Assembly: GCA_963842525.1 (NCBI GenBank)
Contig: CAWJGT010000011.1
Location: 96,001 to 160,000, forward strand
DNA length: 64,000 bases
Origin: an uncultured Holophagales bacterium
GTDB lineage: Bacteria > Acidobacteriota > Thermoanaerobaculia > Multivoradales > UBA5704
Direction of reading: 5' to 3'
Positions within the stretch are counted from its first letter, which is position 1. Each line of letters opens with the position of its first letter. Shown in pieces: positions 61,262 to 64,000 of this stretch. A program made the position numbers and the translations under genes. The notes beneath the pieces were generated by a model. It did not search any database, was not told the origin of the DNA, and saw only the letters and a list, made by a program, of their open reading frames with translations.

Positions 61262-62541
<1,280 letters not shown>

Positions 62542-62669
62542 ACCCAAGCTCCTTCGGGTTGGAGGCAATGGACCGCAACGGCAATTGGTCAGAAGGCTGC
62601 TGCCCAATTGGGCAGGCGGGACACATTTGGTCAGCAGCCTGCTGACCAATTACACCGATGGGCCACCTC

Positions 62670-64000
<1,331 letters not shown>

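Overview
High-GC bacterial chromosomal DNA. An ADOP-type ABC permease and the protein families present suggest Acidobacteriota, probably Thermoanaerobaculia (inference). Many genes carry single-base frameshifts, most likely long-read or assembly indels, densest in hsdR/hsdM. The backbone is a type IV pilus/pseudopilus locus: four pilin genes (two paralogues, each duplicated, each with a sigma-54 promoter), pilD, a PilS-like kinase, fimT-pilV-pilW-pilX-pilY1 and a PilR-like activator. Two M20 peptidases and three GT-C/YfhO-type membrane proteins are interleaved with it. Also present are selA, a CysM/Mec/CysO/MoeZ-type sulfur-carrier operon, a Y1 (IS200-like) transposase with long inverted flanks, and a type I restriction-modification locus. 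The best candidate for an undescribed system occurs twice (20.4-27.6 kb and 44.3-46.0 kb). Small secreted propeptides carry two C-terminal [DE]xGxxID[PH]xG cores and lie beside a family of XRE-HTH- or zinc-finger-fused TPR-like helical proteins, an architecture resembling RRNPP peptide-receptor signalling in a diderm. Four sequence-unrelated arrays with a period of about 20-21 bp (about two helical turns) mark the edges of accessory segments.
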